From the IMG/VR virus record IMGVR_UViG_3300024348_000004: a stretch of 64,000 bases of DNA, one strand, 5' to 3'. The notes under the pieces are model-generated. The model was not told the DNA's origin, made no database searches, and was given only the letters and a program-made list of their open reading frames with translations. This document shows, piece by piece, positions 1 through 8,637 of this stretch. Made by a program: the position numbers and the translations under genes. The first letter of the stretch is position 1. Each line of letters opens with the position of its first letter. The DNA comes from a virus.

Positions 1-10
1 CTGTTGCACT

Positions 11-649
11 TTGATATCGAAGGAACAACTCAAACATTATAACAAATGGGGGTGGGTACATCTACCCTCTGTTATACCCTCTGATTTGCTGTCTCTCGCA
101 CGTAAGGAAGGACTCGCACTCAGACAATGGATGCTGGACAATAACATGAAAGGAAAACCATGTTATTATGGGCCAGAGGTACACTGGGACGGAATAGCAT
201 GTGCTATGATGTACGAACAGAAACTAGAGAAATGTTACAAGGCACCTTTTATGAGAGAGATTGCAATCACACTACTAGGAACAGATTTACCACATCTGTT
301 CAATGACCAAATGGTCTATAAGATGGGTAAGGGAATCGATGATGATTTCTCATTTGAACCCCATTACGATAATCAATATGGGAGTAATGCTAATAACGCA
401 ATACATACTGTAAACTGTTCATGGATATTAGATGACATGAACTTTAGAAACGGTGGACTTCAAGTCAAAGACACTAAACTGAATTATCAGTTTAATGCTG
501 GAGACATTGTCGCCATCAAAGGTGATACATATCACGAGAGTACACCAAACATGACAGATGAACCAAGAGGTCTATATGCATGTGTGTACACCGAAAAACC
601 CATGAAGATGGATGCATTCTATAATGGGATTTTCGACAAGGGGCTATAG
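11..649 (+). CDS. Phytanoyl-CoA dioxygenase (PhyH)-like 2OG-Fe(II) oxygenase
   Basis: N-terminal 'QLKHYNKWGWVHL', HxD (PHYD), 'WILDDMNFRNGGL', distal His (YHESTPN) and Arg; TTG start uncertain. Confidence 0.8.
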   Translation: MISKEQLKHYNKWGWVHLPSVIPSDLLSLARKEGLALRQWMLDNNMKGKPCYYGPEVHWDGIACAMMYEQKLEKCYKAPFMREIAITLLGTDLPHLFNDQMVYKMGKGIDDDFSFEPHYDNQYGSNANNAIHTVNCSWILDDMNFRNGGLQVKDTKLNYQFNAGDIVAIKGDTYHESTPNMTDEPRGLYACVYTEKPMKMDAFYNGIFDKGL

Positions 650-715
650 CTCAGTAGGGAGAGCGACTGGTTTGCAACCAGTAGGTCGTGGGTTCGATTC
701 CCTCTAGCTCCACCA
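640..715 (+). tRNA. tRNA-Ala (UGC)
   Basis: Acceptor GGGGCTA/TAGCTCC with G3:U70, D-arm GCTC/GAGC, anticodon arm ACTGG-TTTGCAA-CCAGT, TTCGA T-loop, encoded CCA. Confidence 0.95.
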
Positions 716-737
716 CGTTTGGAATAGGAAGAGTACA

Positions 738-938
738 ATGTTGTACGTAGATTATATGTTTGAAGTGAATGAGAATGGTATATGTTTCACCGACAAACAT
801 AAGGATGAAATGTTAACCACGGAACAAACAAAACTGGTGGAAGGTGAAACACTCACTGTTCAGTTGGATGAGTTTGGACGTATATGCTTAGTGAGGCAAC
901 ATGTTAAAGGAAATGAAGGAAACTTTTACAGTAAATAA
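738..938 (+). CDS. Hypothetical protein
   Basis: 66-aa ORF with AGGAAG upstream. Confidence 0.6.
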   Translation: MLYVDYMFEVNENGICFTDKHKDEMLTTEQTKLVEGETLTVQLDEFGRICLVRQHVKGNEGNFYSK

Positions 939-1035
939 AATCTACCAATCGAGATGGGTGTGGTATCACACCATATTAGCTGCAGAGATATTCCTAACCA
1001 ACATATTATTGATTGCGATATTGGTCAAACTATAA
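913..1035 (+). CDS. Small membrane protein, 40 aa (MKETFTVNKIYQSRWVWYHTILAAEIFLTNILLIAILVKL)
   Basis: Read manually; AAAGGA upstream; C-terminal hydrophobic helix. Confidence 0.55.
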   Translation: MKETFTVNKIYQSRWVWYHTILAAEIFLTNILLIAILVKL

Positions 1036-1050
1036 TCGCCTATATAATAA

Positions 1051-1079
1051 CTGTTACAATATTGTAACATAACTGAAAC
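1051..1079 (+). promoter_or_regulatory. Pho-box-like 11-bp-period direct repeats containing a perfect 18-bp palindrome
   Basis: CTGTTAC-AATA-TTGTAAC-ATAA-CTGAAAC; TGTTACAATATTGTAACA at 1052-1069 is self-complementary. Confidence 0.5.
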
Positions 1080-1154
1080 ACTTAAGACACAAGACTAAGT
1101 ACCTATATGGGAAGTGCAGATGTCGGATAGTTTCAAACATAACAGGAGACGAAA

Positions 1155-1268
1155 ATGCATTATTACGCATCATGGTCTGCCTCGTATCTTAGGACACAAG
1201 CAGACAAATTTAATGATTTTATGAAATGCGGTAGACTCAGTAGAGTTATCAACAATTCATTCAAATAA
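1155..1268 (+). CDS. Small protein, 37 aa (MHYYASWSASYLRTQADKFNDFMKCGRLSRVINNSFK)
   Basis: Read manually; AGGAGA RBS upstream. Confidence 0.55.
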   Translation: MHYYASWSASYLRTQADKFNDFMKCGRLSRVINNSFK

Positions 1269-1272
1269 CCAC

Positions 1273-1302
1273 TTGACGGTTGTCCCATATCCATTGTATA
1301 AT
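1273..1302 (+). promoter_or_regulatory. Sigma70-type promoter
   Basis: TTGACG-18 nt-TATAAT, overlapped by inverted repeat GTCCCATAT...ATATGGGAC. Confidence 0.65.
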
Positions 1303-1371
1303 AATATAAGGAATATGGGACTACCTATATAAAAGAACGAAATATATTATTTTTTACAGGAGAAATACATA

Positions 1372-2241
1372 ATGGCAATTCAAATTATCACCTCGAAAAT
1401 TGGTGATTCTTGCACAACTGAGGACATCAATAGATTGCACCTCGAAATGTCACGTAAGAGAATCTTTACGATGACCGCACCAAACCAAATCATCAACCTT
1501 CATTGTCTTACGGACGATGCTACGGGTTTACATGAAGATATCAAAGTAATCGATTACGTAGAGAATGAGTCCATCACGGATGTTCGATTCAATATGTTAC
1601 AATTCATGGATACCACTAACGGATTTGATGCACATGATAAAATCGTTTTATGGGATGCAATGTTACATCCACTTGACTTATGTCAGACTAGGGTAATTGC
1701 TGGATTCCCACCTGCTGGTGACCATAGAGAAGCACTAGACTTCATCCCCGATATGGACTTGGAACTTGGTATGAGAATCAAGAACGAGATGCTTCCGTTT
1801 TTACAACTTGTGACCAAGTGGTGGAATACAGAAGAATTAGGATATGAGGACTGGTACGTATCATTCAATGGTAGTGACTGTTCGCATCTTTGTCGTGCAT
1901 TTGAAGAAGACCCAGTAGCAGCACAATCCACATCATTCGCAGAGTTCCTATCAACAAACTTCAAAGGAGTATTGTTACCAACAGAACCAGGCGCATTCTC
2001 ACCTTATTACGTAGGGAATAAAGAAAAGACCGATGAGTTAAATACTCAGTGGGAAACCAATGTAAGACCATACTTCCCCGATGCATGGACAGGACATGGT
2101 GGTGAAGAAGAAGCACCATTCCTCGAATGGAATCATGAGTATAGGGATGTAACAAAACAGGTCAAATTCTTATATCTCGACAATACAGAGAACAAAATGA
2201 ATCCAAAAGATGACTGGTATCTTTTGTTGTGGTTCCTGTAA
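1372..2241 (+). CDS. Divergent glycosyltransferase-like protein
   Basis: N-terminus 'IITSKIGD...EDINRL...LHCLTDDATGL' resembles phage nucleotide-diphospho-sugar transferases; no clear DxD. Confidence 0.4.
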   Translation: MAIQIITSKIGDSCTTEDINRLHLEMSRKRIFTMTAPNQIINLHCLTDDATGLHEDIKVIDYVENESITDVRFNMLQFMDTTNGFDAHDKIVLWDAMLHPLDLCQTRVIAGFPPAGDHREALDFIPDMDLELGMRIKNEMLPFLQLVTKWWNTEELGYEDWYVSFNGSDCSHLCRAFEEDPVAAQSTSFAEFLSTNFKGVLLPTEPGAFSPYYVGNKEKTDELNTQWETNVRPYFPDAWTGHGGEEEAPFLEWNHEYRDVTKQVKFLYLDNTENKMNPKDDWYLLLWFL

Positions 2242-2903
2242 ACTACACTAATACATCACACGATGTCGTGCAAGGGTTCCTCTCTATAGAGGAATCCGAA
2301 CACATTGCTAGGGTATTGAAACGTTCAGAAAGAGACGTACTCAGACTACCCAATCCCGAATGGAACGATTCCAACTACCCACCTCTAACAAAACAACACG
2401 TAGTCTATAATTGGTTAACCCATCCCGACATCCGTCCGTTGAATATACCACAACGACTGCTCGGTCTTGACCTATTCAAAGATATCAACAATCTCACACT
2501 TCAATGTTGGGGTAACATATTACGACAGGGTGAACACATCACTCCACACCAACATCACGAAGAAGACAAAGAACCCCTATCCGACTTCCACAAAGATACC
2601 ACACCACAGGAACGAGCCAAAACGCAACTCGTCCCAATGGTCGCAACCAACATATTCCTAGACGGAGTAGAACCCTCATACACACATTACGAAGATACAA
2701 AACAAACGTTAAACATTAAGGGAGACTTACACATAGTAGGTGCATACCACAGACACGAAGTCAAGACGAATGTATACCGTACACCACGCTACTCGCTGGC
2801 CATGGATATCTATTTCAGAGATTACACCAAAGGATGGGATACGATAGAGAAAGGATTCGGTAACACTAAGAGGTTTGTTGACGTTTCCCGAAGTAACGTC
2901 TAA
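2229..2903 (+). CDS. Putative 2OG-Fe(II) oxygenase
   Basis: 'WGNILRQGEHITPHQH', distal 'HEV', 'RYSLAMD'. Confidence 0.65.
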   Translation: MVPVNYTNTSHDVVQGFLSIEESEHIARVLKRSERDVLRLPNPEWNDSNYPPLTKQHVVYNWLTHPDIRPLNIPQRLLGLDLFKDINNLTLQCWGNILRQGEHITPHQHHEEDKEPLSDFHKDTTPQERAKTQLVPMVATNIFLDGVEPSYTHYEDTKQTLNIKGDLHIVGAYHRHEVKTNVYRTPRYSLAMDIYFRDYTKGWDTIEKGFGNTKRFVDVSRSNV

Positions 2904-3096
2904 TCGTAAAGACTCGCATATACGCTACTATTGTCATGAACGCAGTAATGGTAGTACCGATAGTAAACGCAGAAGTCATCCCAAGAATTTCAATACAGAT
3001 AAACAATCCGATTAGATTCAGAGGATAGTTAATGAGCAGTCCAGTAAAGACTGTAGTAAAGGTTTCTTTGTGATATCTTCGAGTTTCTTTGTTCAT
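2866..3096 (-). CDS. Small membrane protein (2 TM)
   Basis: Two hydrophobic segments, C-terminal 'RRYF'. Confidence 0.65.
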   Translation of the reverse strand: MNKETRRYHKETFTTVFTGLLINYPLNLIGLFICIEILGMTSAFTIGTTITAFMTIVAYMRVFTIRRYFGKRQQTS

Positions 3097-3360
3097 ACCT
3101 TAGTATAACACGCTGAGATGCCTTTGTATAGGGGGTTTCGAATATAATGTCTGAGAGCGAAATGGGAGGATGAATATAATGTGTGTAGTAGTGTGCAGAA
3201 GTGTGTAATTATATTCGTATTTGAGATGGATGGGAGAATGTGGAATAAAGTGGGTTTTGGTGGTGCTGTTCGGGGATACAAAACCTATTTTTAGCGGAGA
3301 GTCAAGCACGAGAGCATGTTGACAGCACCTCAGAAACGTGATAAGGCAAGGCCATAGGGG

Positions 3361-3390
3361 TTGACAATGCCCCTCACTTTCTTATATAAT
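3361..3390 (+). promoter_or_regulatory. Early promoter with conserved CCCCTCACTT spacer
   Basis: TTGACA-atgcccctcactttctta-TATAAT. Confidence 0.85.
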
Positions 3391-3417
3391 GGTTACATAA
3401 ACTAAGGAGATACATGC

Positions 3418-3603
3418 ATGATTCAGTACATAGACATCAATGACTACGTAGGTTCTATCCCCCACTTACATGAGATGGTGGAATTCGAGAAGGGCAGTGA
3501 CCCTATCAATGACGGTATTGTCCTCTATGGGTTTGATGAGATAGGATTGGGTGGATTCAAAGACCCTCAACACGCAATGGTTCCCTTCTTTATGTGTTTA
3601 TAA
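3418..3603 (+). CDS. Small early hypothetical protein
   Basis: AAGGAG RBS; downstream of early promoter. Confidence 0.7.
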   Translation: MIQYIDINDYVGSIPHLHEMVEFEKGSDPINDGIVLYGFDEIGLGGFKDPQHAMVPFFMCL

Positions 3604-3657
3604 AGGTAGTCGCTGGGAAACCCTTATGGGCAAGGCGTCTCAGAGGCGCCATAAAAC

Positions 3658-3687
3658 TTGACAATGGCCATCACTTTTTTGTATAAT
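3658..3687 (+). promoter_or_regulatory. Early promoter
   Basis: TTGACA-atggccatcacttttttg-TATAAT. Confidence 0.85.
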
Positions 3688-3693
3688 GGCTAC

Positions 3694-3792
3694 ATGATAA
3701 AGAAACTAAGAACTACTGGTCTGCTCGATGCGGACTTCCTTCAACCCCTACTGTGTCTTGCAGTAATGATAATCCTAGGAGAAGTGTTATGA
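3694..3792 (+). CDS. Small hydrophobic peptide, 32 aa, probably leaderless
   Basis: MIKKLRTTGLLDADFLQPLLCLAVMIILGEVL; ATG 6 nt after -10 box; ATGA overlap with next gene. Confidence 0.5.
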   Translation: MIKKLRTTGLLDADFLQPLLCLAVMIILGEVL

Positions 3793-4019
3793 TAAAGAAA
3801 GATGGTCACGGACTCATCGGTACTCACATCGCAACAGGTATGGGAGTGGAGATTAATCTAACCAAACAGGAGATGCTTCTTGCATGTGCGAAGGTTGAGA
3901 TTAATGAGTCGTGGGAGAAAGCCATGGACATGGTCAAAGCACGTCTCGGTATCGAAGTCATCGGTCAGATAGAAATTGAACAAATAGTCATAAATGGGGT
4001 TGCAAAGACCTTCCATTGA
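3789..4019 (+). CDS. Early hypothetical protein
   Basis: AGGAGAAG RBS before ATG 3789. Confidence 0.7.
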   Translation: MIKKDGHGLIGTHIATGMGVEINLTKQEMLLACAKVEINESWEKAMDMVKARLGIEVIGQIEIEQIVINGVAKTFH

Positions 4020-4028
4020 TGGTATAAT
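4000..4028 (+). promoter_or_regulatory. Sigma70 promoter with extended -10, upstream of candidate ncRNA
   Basis: TTGCAA-17 nt-TATAAT, with TGn before the -10. Confidence 0.7.
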
Positions 4029-4034
4029 TACTGT

Positions 4035-4400
4035 GTAACAGGGAAAAAAGAAGTTAATCTGAGAGTTATTCTTTTATTATGTACCTATGTGAAGTCTCAG
4101 AGGGTCATGTCCGAACATGCATAGCGGGATGAGAAGACCGCTGCTCTACAACGCAATAGCTGTAGGGCTCTCAGAGCGCCTTAAGTGGCGATAGGAGAAG
4201 TACATTCTGTGACTCTCTGAACCCCTGAGTTGCTCTCTAAGCGATTGCGTGTGTAGGGGACTATGAAACGCCTTAGTGGCGCTCACAGACTAACGCAAAA
4301 CAGTGCTGTGGGACTCCTAGAGAGATTCGAAGTCGGGTCATGCGCCCCACTAGATTTACTTTAAGGGTTTTCTAACACTTCAGAGAAAAAAATTCTCTGG
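4035..4400 (+). ncRNA. Candidate large structured non-coding RNA (family not recognised)
   Basis: GC-richer region without a credible ORF; many helices with G-U pairs, a duplicated hairpin, complementary loops and a terminal hairpin. Confidence 0.65.
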
Positions 4401-4427
4401 CCAAAAATAAAGACTGGGAGGTTTTTC

Positions 4428-4922
4428 ATGAAAATTACTGGAACACACATTGCAATATTCGTTATTCTTACCTACTTCGGATTACAATCTACACTCGTAG
4501 AAGCAAATGACCAACTCAGACCCGATGATAATAGGTTTGGAGACGTAAGAATACAGGAGAATGTCTATCAAGGTACTGTTGTATCTGTATATTCTGTTAA
4601 GATTAAGAAGGATGAAGAGGGTTACTCTCTTTATGGTGGTCTCCTAGGCGGTTATCTAGCACGTGAGAGTATGAAAGGTAAGGGTGAGTCAGAGGAAGTC
4701 CTTGGTACACTCGCAGGCGGACTCGTAGGGTCTAAGATTGGACGTGAGGTAAATAAATCTCGCAACACCGTGGATGGTATACAGTTAATCATTGATGTGC
4801 CAGGCGTAGGTGTCAAGTCTATTATACAACAAAAGACTTCTGCATTTAATTTTAGTAGTGGTGATTCAGTTTATCTAGTCGGCACTCGAAATAATCTACG
4901 TGTATTGAAAAAAAACCCCTAG
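4428..4922 (+). CDS. Glycine-zipper 2TM (SlyB/17-kDa antigen-like) envelope protein
   Basis: Signal peptide; 'GGLLGGYLA...GTLAGGLVGSKIG'; C-terminal 'GDSVYLV' beta domain. Confidence 0.75.
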   Translation: MKITGTHIAIFVILTYFGLQSTLVEANDQLRPDDNRFGDVRIQENVYQGTVVSVYSVKIKKDEEGYSLYGGLLGGYLARESMKGKGESEEVLGTLAGGLVGSKIGREVNKSRNTVDGIQLIIDVPGVGVKSIIQQKTSAFNFSSGDSVYLVGTRNNLRVLKKNP

Positions 4923-5037
4923 ACGTAGTAGGGTATACCATGTATAATGGTATTATATTAACCGAAACTGGTTTTATTGTACTGGTGATAACTAAAGCAC
5001 CGTTTTAATAAATCAGATTCAAACTTAGGAGACGTAT

Positions 5038-6522
5038 ATGTCTTATATTAGTACAAGTGATGGTCTCGATACTTTAAAATCGACCTTGGAATCCTTAAAC
5101 CAATCAAAAGAGGGGAGTGCCTTTTCCGAGAAAGGCGAAATAGAGGTTTCGTTTGGTAATACCTACGTCAGTTCTCTGTTTGTTTTAGGTAACCGTTCCT
5201 ATCAAAGGGAAAAGGTTGCATCTATACCTTTTAAACAGGGTATACTTCAGACTGTTTTGGAGAATGCCTTTAAGAGGATTCCTCAAATACACATTCTAGT
5301 CAAGTTTGATGAGGATGGTAAGGTCACATCACTTGAGTTGATGGATGGCCAACAGCGTTTCTCCAGTCTACTCGACTTTGTCAACAATGAATTTCCACTC
5401 GCACCGTCTTTGACCGTTCGTGGTGTGAGATTAGGTGGTCTATACTTTAATCAGTTAGACGTTGACACACAACAGTTTATATTAAACCACTCAGTTGACG
5501 CTGTGTGGTATATGAATCTTAATTCTGCAGAAATCTCAGATATGTTTGTTGATGTGTTGAACAATACGAACGATATGAAACCACAAGAGAAGCGTAATGC
5601 ATACCTAGGTGAGTTCCCCGAATACGTAAGGGATACCTCTAGGACTACGCCTAAGGGGTTACCACAGACGTTCAAGTTCAATCCTTTGTTCGAACGTGTC
5701 ATTGACTCTAAAGGTAAGGAGACGTTGAAACACTTCTCTAAGAACTTTAAACTCAATGCAAGAATGGAAGTAGACCAGTGGGTCTCGCAACTTGCATACC
5801 TATCTTACTCTGCCCATGACTGGACGGATGGTATCTCGCAACAAGGACACTCTAAGTGGGTCAAAGAAATGACCACTGGTACAGGTGCATACGCAGAGTC
5901 GTTCACCGATAAGAAGTTTATGGACAAGTTATTGTCTGTGACTAAGGAACTGGTACAGAGTGTACCTAGTGCAAAGAGAAATCGTTTGACACCTGCTTTC
6001 ACTCACATACTTGCGTTGTATTATATGAACCTCACAGGGAGATTAAATTCAAAGGCAAGTGTTACCAAATCCGTCTTTGCAAATAAGTTTATTAGTGTGT
6101 TGGAAGAATGGAATGACAAGGACAAGGCACTCTTCAGAGACGAGTCTACCTATAACGGTAATCCTATGCCGCCTGCACTTGAACTCTTTGGTGGTTACAA
6201 CAAGAATGCAATCATGACGATTAAATCTATTCTTGATAAGTACGACCCACTTGAGTATGGTGTGACCTTTACAGACGATGCATCCTTTCCAAAGGAGTGG
6301 ATAATCAAGAAACTAGAGGAACAGGGTGGGACTGATTATTACACTGGTCTGCCTTTAGACATAGATAATGCAGAGGGTGACCACTATATTGCAAAGTCAG
6401 CAGGAGGTAAGACTGAATACTCTAACCTCGTAGTGTGTTCCCGAAGTGTGAACAGACAAAAATCAAACATGAGTGCAAAAGCATTCATCGAATATTGTGA
6501 ACAATTTAAACTGGAGAAGTAA
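5038..6522 (+). CDS. DUF262 (GmrS/ParB-like) + HNH endonuclease (GmrSD-like)
   Basis: 'YQR', 'LMDGQQRF', 'FVDVLN'; C-terminal 'DHYIAKSAGGKTEYSNLVVCSRSVNRQKSN' HNH motif. Confidence 0.85.
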   Translation: MSYISTSDGLDTLKSTLESLNQSKEGSAFSEKGEIEVSFGNTYVSSLFVLGNRSYQREKVASIPFKQGILQTVLENAFKRIPQIHILVKFDEDGKVTSLELMDGQQRFSSLLDFVNNEFPLAPSLTVRGVRLGGLYFNQLDVDTQQFILNHSVDAVWYMNLNSAEISDMFVDVLNNTNDMKPQEKRNAYLGEFPEYVRDTSRTTPKGLPQTFKFNPLFERVIDSKGKETLKHFSKNFKLNARMEVDQWVSQLAYLSYSAHDWTDGISQQGHSKWVKEMTTGTGAYAESFTDKKFMDKLLSVTKELVQSVPSAKRNRLTPAFTHILALYYMNLTGRLNSKASVTKSVFANKFISVLEEWNDKDKALFRDESTYNGNPMPPALELFGGYNKNAIMTIKSILDKYDPLEYGVTFTDDASFPKEWIIKKLEEQGGTDYYTGLPLDIDNAEGDHYIAKSAGGKTEYSNLVVCSRSVNRQKSNMSAKAFIEYCEQFKLEK

Positions 6523-6524
6523 TT

Positions 6525-6893
6525 ATGGAAGTTATGACCTACACCAAAAAAGCAACACTCGAACGTCTTGAACGACAATCCGCTAATGAGACACTTGAAA
6601 AACTTGTCAATCGAATTAAAAACTGGCACTACGATAGGAATCTTATTGATGGTGCTACGGATAAAGACCAGTTAGCAAAACTCATTCAAGAGATGGGTGA
6701 ACTAAGTGATAATATTTGTAAAGGTAAGGACGTTGCAGATGACATTGGTGACATCATGGTAGTGTTAATTAATATTGCCGAACGTAATGGTTTATCGTTA
6801 CGTCATTGTCTTGAAGTTGCATACTCTGATATTAAAGACCGTAAAGGTAAAATGGTTGATGGTGTTTTTGTAAAAGAGTCAGATGCAGAATAG
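6525..6893 (+). CDS. mazG: MazG-like nucleotide pyrophosphohydrolase
   Basis: 'KLIQEMGEL...DDIGDIMVVL...AYSDIKDRKGKMVDGVFVKE'. Confidence 0.85.
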   Translation: MEVMTYTKKATLERLERQSANETLEKLVNRIKNWHYDRNLIDGATDKDQLAKLIQEMGELSDNICKGKDVADDIGDIMVVLINIAERNGLSLRHCLEVAYSDIKDRKGKMVDGVFVKESDAE

Positions 6894-7422
6894 TAATTTA
6901 ATAAGTCAACGTTGGAATCCGCCTGCTGATTGGATTAGTGAGGCGGGTTTAAACACCCACTGGTTTGGGTTAATTGATTTAATTACTGCACTCAAACATC
7001 AAGGTGTAAAGAATGCATCTATGATTGAGATAGGAACTAATCGTGGTGAGAGTACAGCACTCTTTGCCATGAGTGGTTTATTTAAACAGATAACAACAAT
7101 CGATATTGCATTTAAAGAACCTGCATACGATACAACTATTTTTAATAATATTAAATACTTAAGAGGCGACAGTAAAACCGTACATAGTATTTTTTATAAT
7201 AATTCAATAGATTTTATTTATATTGATGGTGACCATTCTTATGAAGGTGTTAAAGCAGATATAAATAATTACTTTAACAAACTTAAAACAGATACTACAT
7301 CTTTTATTGGTGGTCATGATTATACAAATGAATGGCCTGGCGTTGTCTCCGCTATTGACGAGGCGTTTCCCGAAAAGACGAAGCAGAAATTTAGTGACGG
7401 TTCTTTTCTTATTAAAATATAA
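6883..7422 (+). CDS. Class I SAM-dependent methyltransferase (Methyltransf_24-like)
   Basis: 'EIGTNRGES', 'DFIYIDGDHSYEGVKAD', 'GGHDY'. Confidence 0.85.
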   Translation: MQNSNLISQRWNPPADWISEAGLNTHWFGLIDLITALKHQGVKNASMIEIGTNRGESTALFAMSGLFKQITTIDIAFKEPAYDTTIFNNIKYLRGDSKTVHSIFYNNSIDFIYIDGDHSYEGVKADINNYFNKLKTDTTSFIGGHDYTNEWPGVVSAIDEAFPEKTKQKFSDGSFLIKI

Positions 7423-7435
7423 CTAGGAGAATATT

Positions 7436-8203
7436 ATGAAATTTAATATACCAAACCCTAACGTTGTATCGATTGGAGGTTCACAAAATGAAGAACCGCA
7501 AACGACACAATATCAAGAACCCAAGATTGTTAATGAAGTTGAGTCAACTCGACAAATGGCAGAAGAACAGAGACCGCCTGAACCACCCGCCAGAGTTAGA
7601 GATATCGAAATCATTAATAACGTTTTTTCGCCAGAGTGGTGTGATGAACTTGTTTCGTACATGGAGAAGCATCCATCAATCGGACAAGGAAGTGTCGGAT
7701 ACCAACAAGGACAAGAAGAACGAGGTCAAATCAACGAAGAAATAAGAAACTGTACAACTGCTTGGATGGAAGTGACATGTGAATATTCTAATCAAATGTT
7801 TAATGAAGTGTTACACCAAATGAAAATGACAAACATGTATACCTTTGGATTTGATTTGGAAAACATTGAAGTTCCACAGTACACTCGTTACGATTATGTT
7901 AGTGGCGGTGCTGACCAACACTATAACTGGCACATTGATTCATACCTAGGTGGTATGGGTACACGTCATGACCGCAAACTCAGTGCAAGTATTCAGTTAA
8001 CAGACCCTAGTAAATATGAAGGTGGGGACTTGTTAGTTGGTGATGATGCTCGTATGGCAGAAGACCCACTCATGGCAGAGGCAATGAGACAACAGGGAAC
8101 AGTAATATTCTTCCCATCATTCCTTAGACATTGTGTTACACCTGTTACTAGAGGTTCACGTAGTTCACTAGTAGTATGGGGTGTTGGCCCAGACTGGAGA
8201 TAA
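7436..8203 (+). CDS. 2OG-Fe(II) oxygenase (prolyl-4-hydroxylase/PKHD-like)
   Basis: 'YNWHID', 'RKLS', 'YEGGDL', 'FFPSFLRHCVTPVTRGSRSSLVVW'. Confidence 0.9.
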   Translation: MKFNIPNPNVVSIGGSQNEEPQTTQYQEPKIVNEVESTRQMAEEQRPPEPPARVRDIEIINNVFSPEWCDELVSYMEKHPSIGQGSVGYQQGQEERGQINEEIRNCTTAWMEVTCEYSNQMFNEVLHQMKMTNMYTFGFDLENIEVPQYTRYDYVSGGADQHYNWHIDSYLGGMGTRHDRKLSASIQLTDPSKYEGGDLLVGDDARMAEDPLMAEAMRQQGTVIFFPSFLRHCVTPVTRGSRSSLVVWGVGPDWR

Positions 8204-8207
8204 GACG

Positions 8208-8504
8208 ATGGTTGAATTCAACGAAGAAGAACTTCAGAATTCAAAACGAATATTTAAAAGTGCAACCCCTAAGTATACTTTTGATTGGTATGTGAAGTGG
8301 GTTGCATCTGCTTTTGTTTTAGTTGCAATGAGTATGCGAGGCATACCCGAATTACAAATGTATGATTTGAGTCTTTCCATTGTTGGTATTTTTCTATGGT
8401 TAATAGTTTCAGTGCTTTGGAAAGATAGGGCATTGATTTTATTAAATGGAGTGGGCCTTTTGTTCCTTATAAATAATCTAACAAGAGCAATGCTAGGAGT
8501 TTGA
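8208..8504 (+). CDS. Small multi-pass membrane protein
   Basis: Three hydrophobic helices; 'WKDRALILLNG'. Confidence 0.75.
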   Translation: MVEFNEEELQNSKRIFKSATPKYTFDWYVKWVASAFVLVAMSMRGIPELQMYDLSLSIVGIFLWLIVSVLWKDRALILLNGVGLLFLINNLTRAMLGV

Positions 8505-8506
8505 TT

Positions 8507-8635
8507 ATGGAACTATTGACAACTATCTTTACACTACCATGGACAATTATATCTGTGTTAGTCAATCTCTTTGTATGGTCATCCATCGTAGTACTCGCTG
8601 GTAGACATATCGAAGAATATTTTAAGGAGAAATAA
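8507..8635 (+). CDS. Small membrane protein, 42 aa
   Basis: Read manually; AGGAG RBS; one TM helix. Confidence 0.55.
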   Translation: MELLTTIFTLPWTIISVLVNLFVWSSIVVLAGRHIEEYFKEK

Positions 8636-8637
8636 AA

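Noticed and set aside
640-715. tRNA as prophage attachment site
   Set aside because: No integrase or duplicated tRNA 3' end; phage-type genes on both sides
3093-3309. Minus-strand ORFs of 62 and 69 aa
   Set aside because: His/Thr/Pro-biased products explained by the G/T skew; no RBS
4035-4400. Identification as tmRNA, RNase P RNA or a self-splicing intron
   Set aside because: No tRNA-like acceptor with CCA end, no GAGGAAAGUCC-type RNase P core, no interrupted gene; left as unclassified RNA
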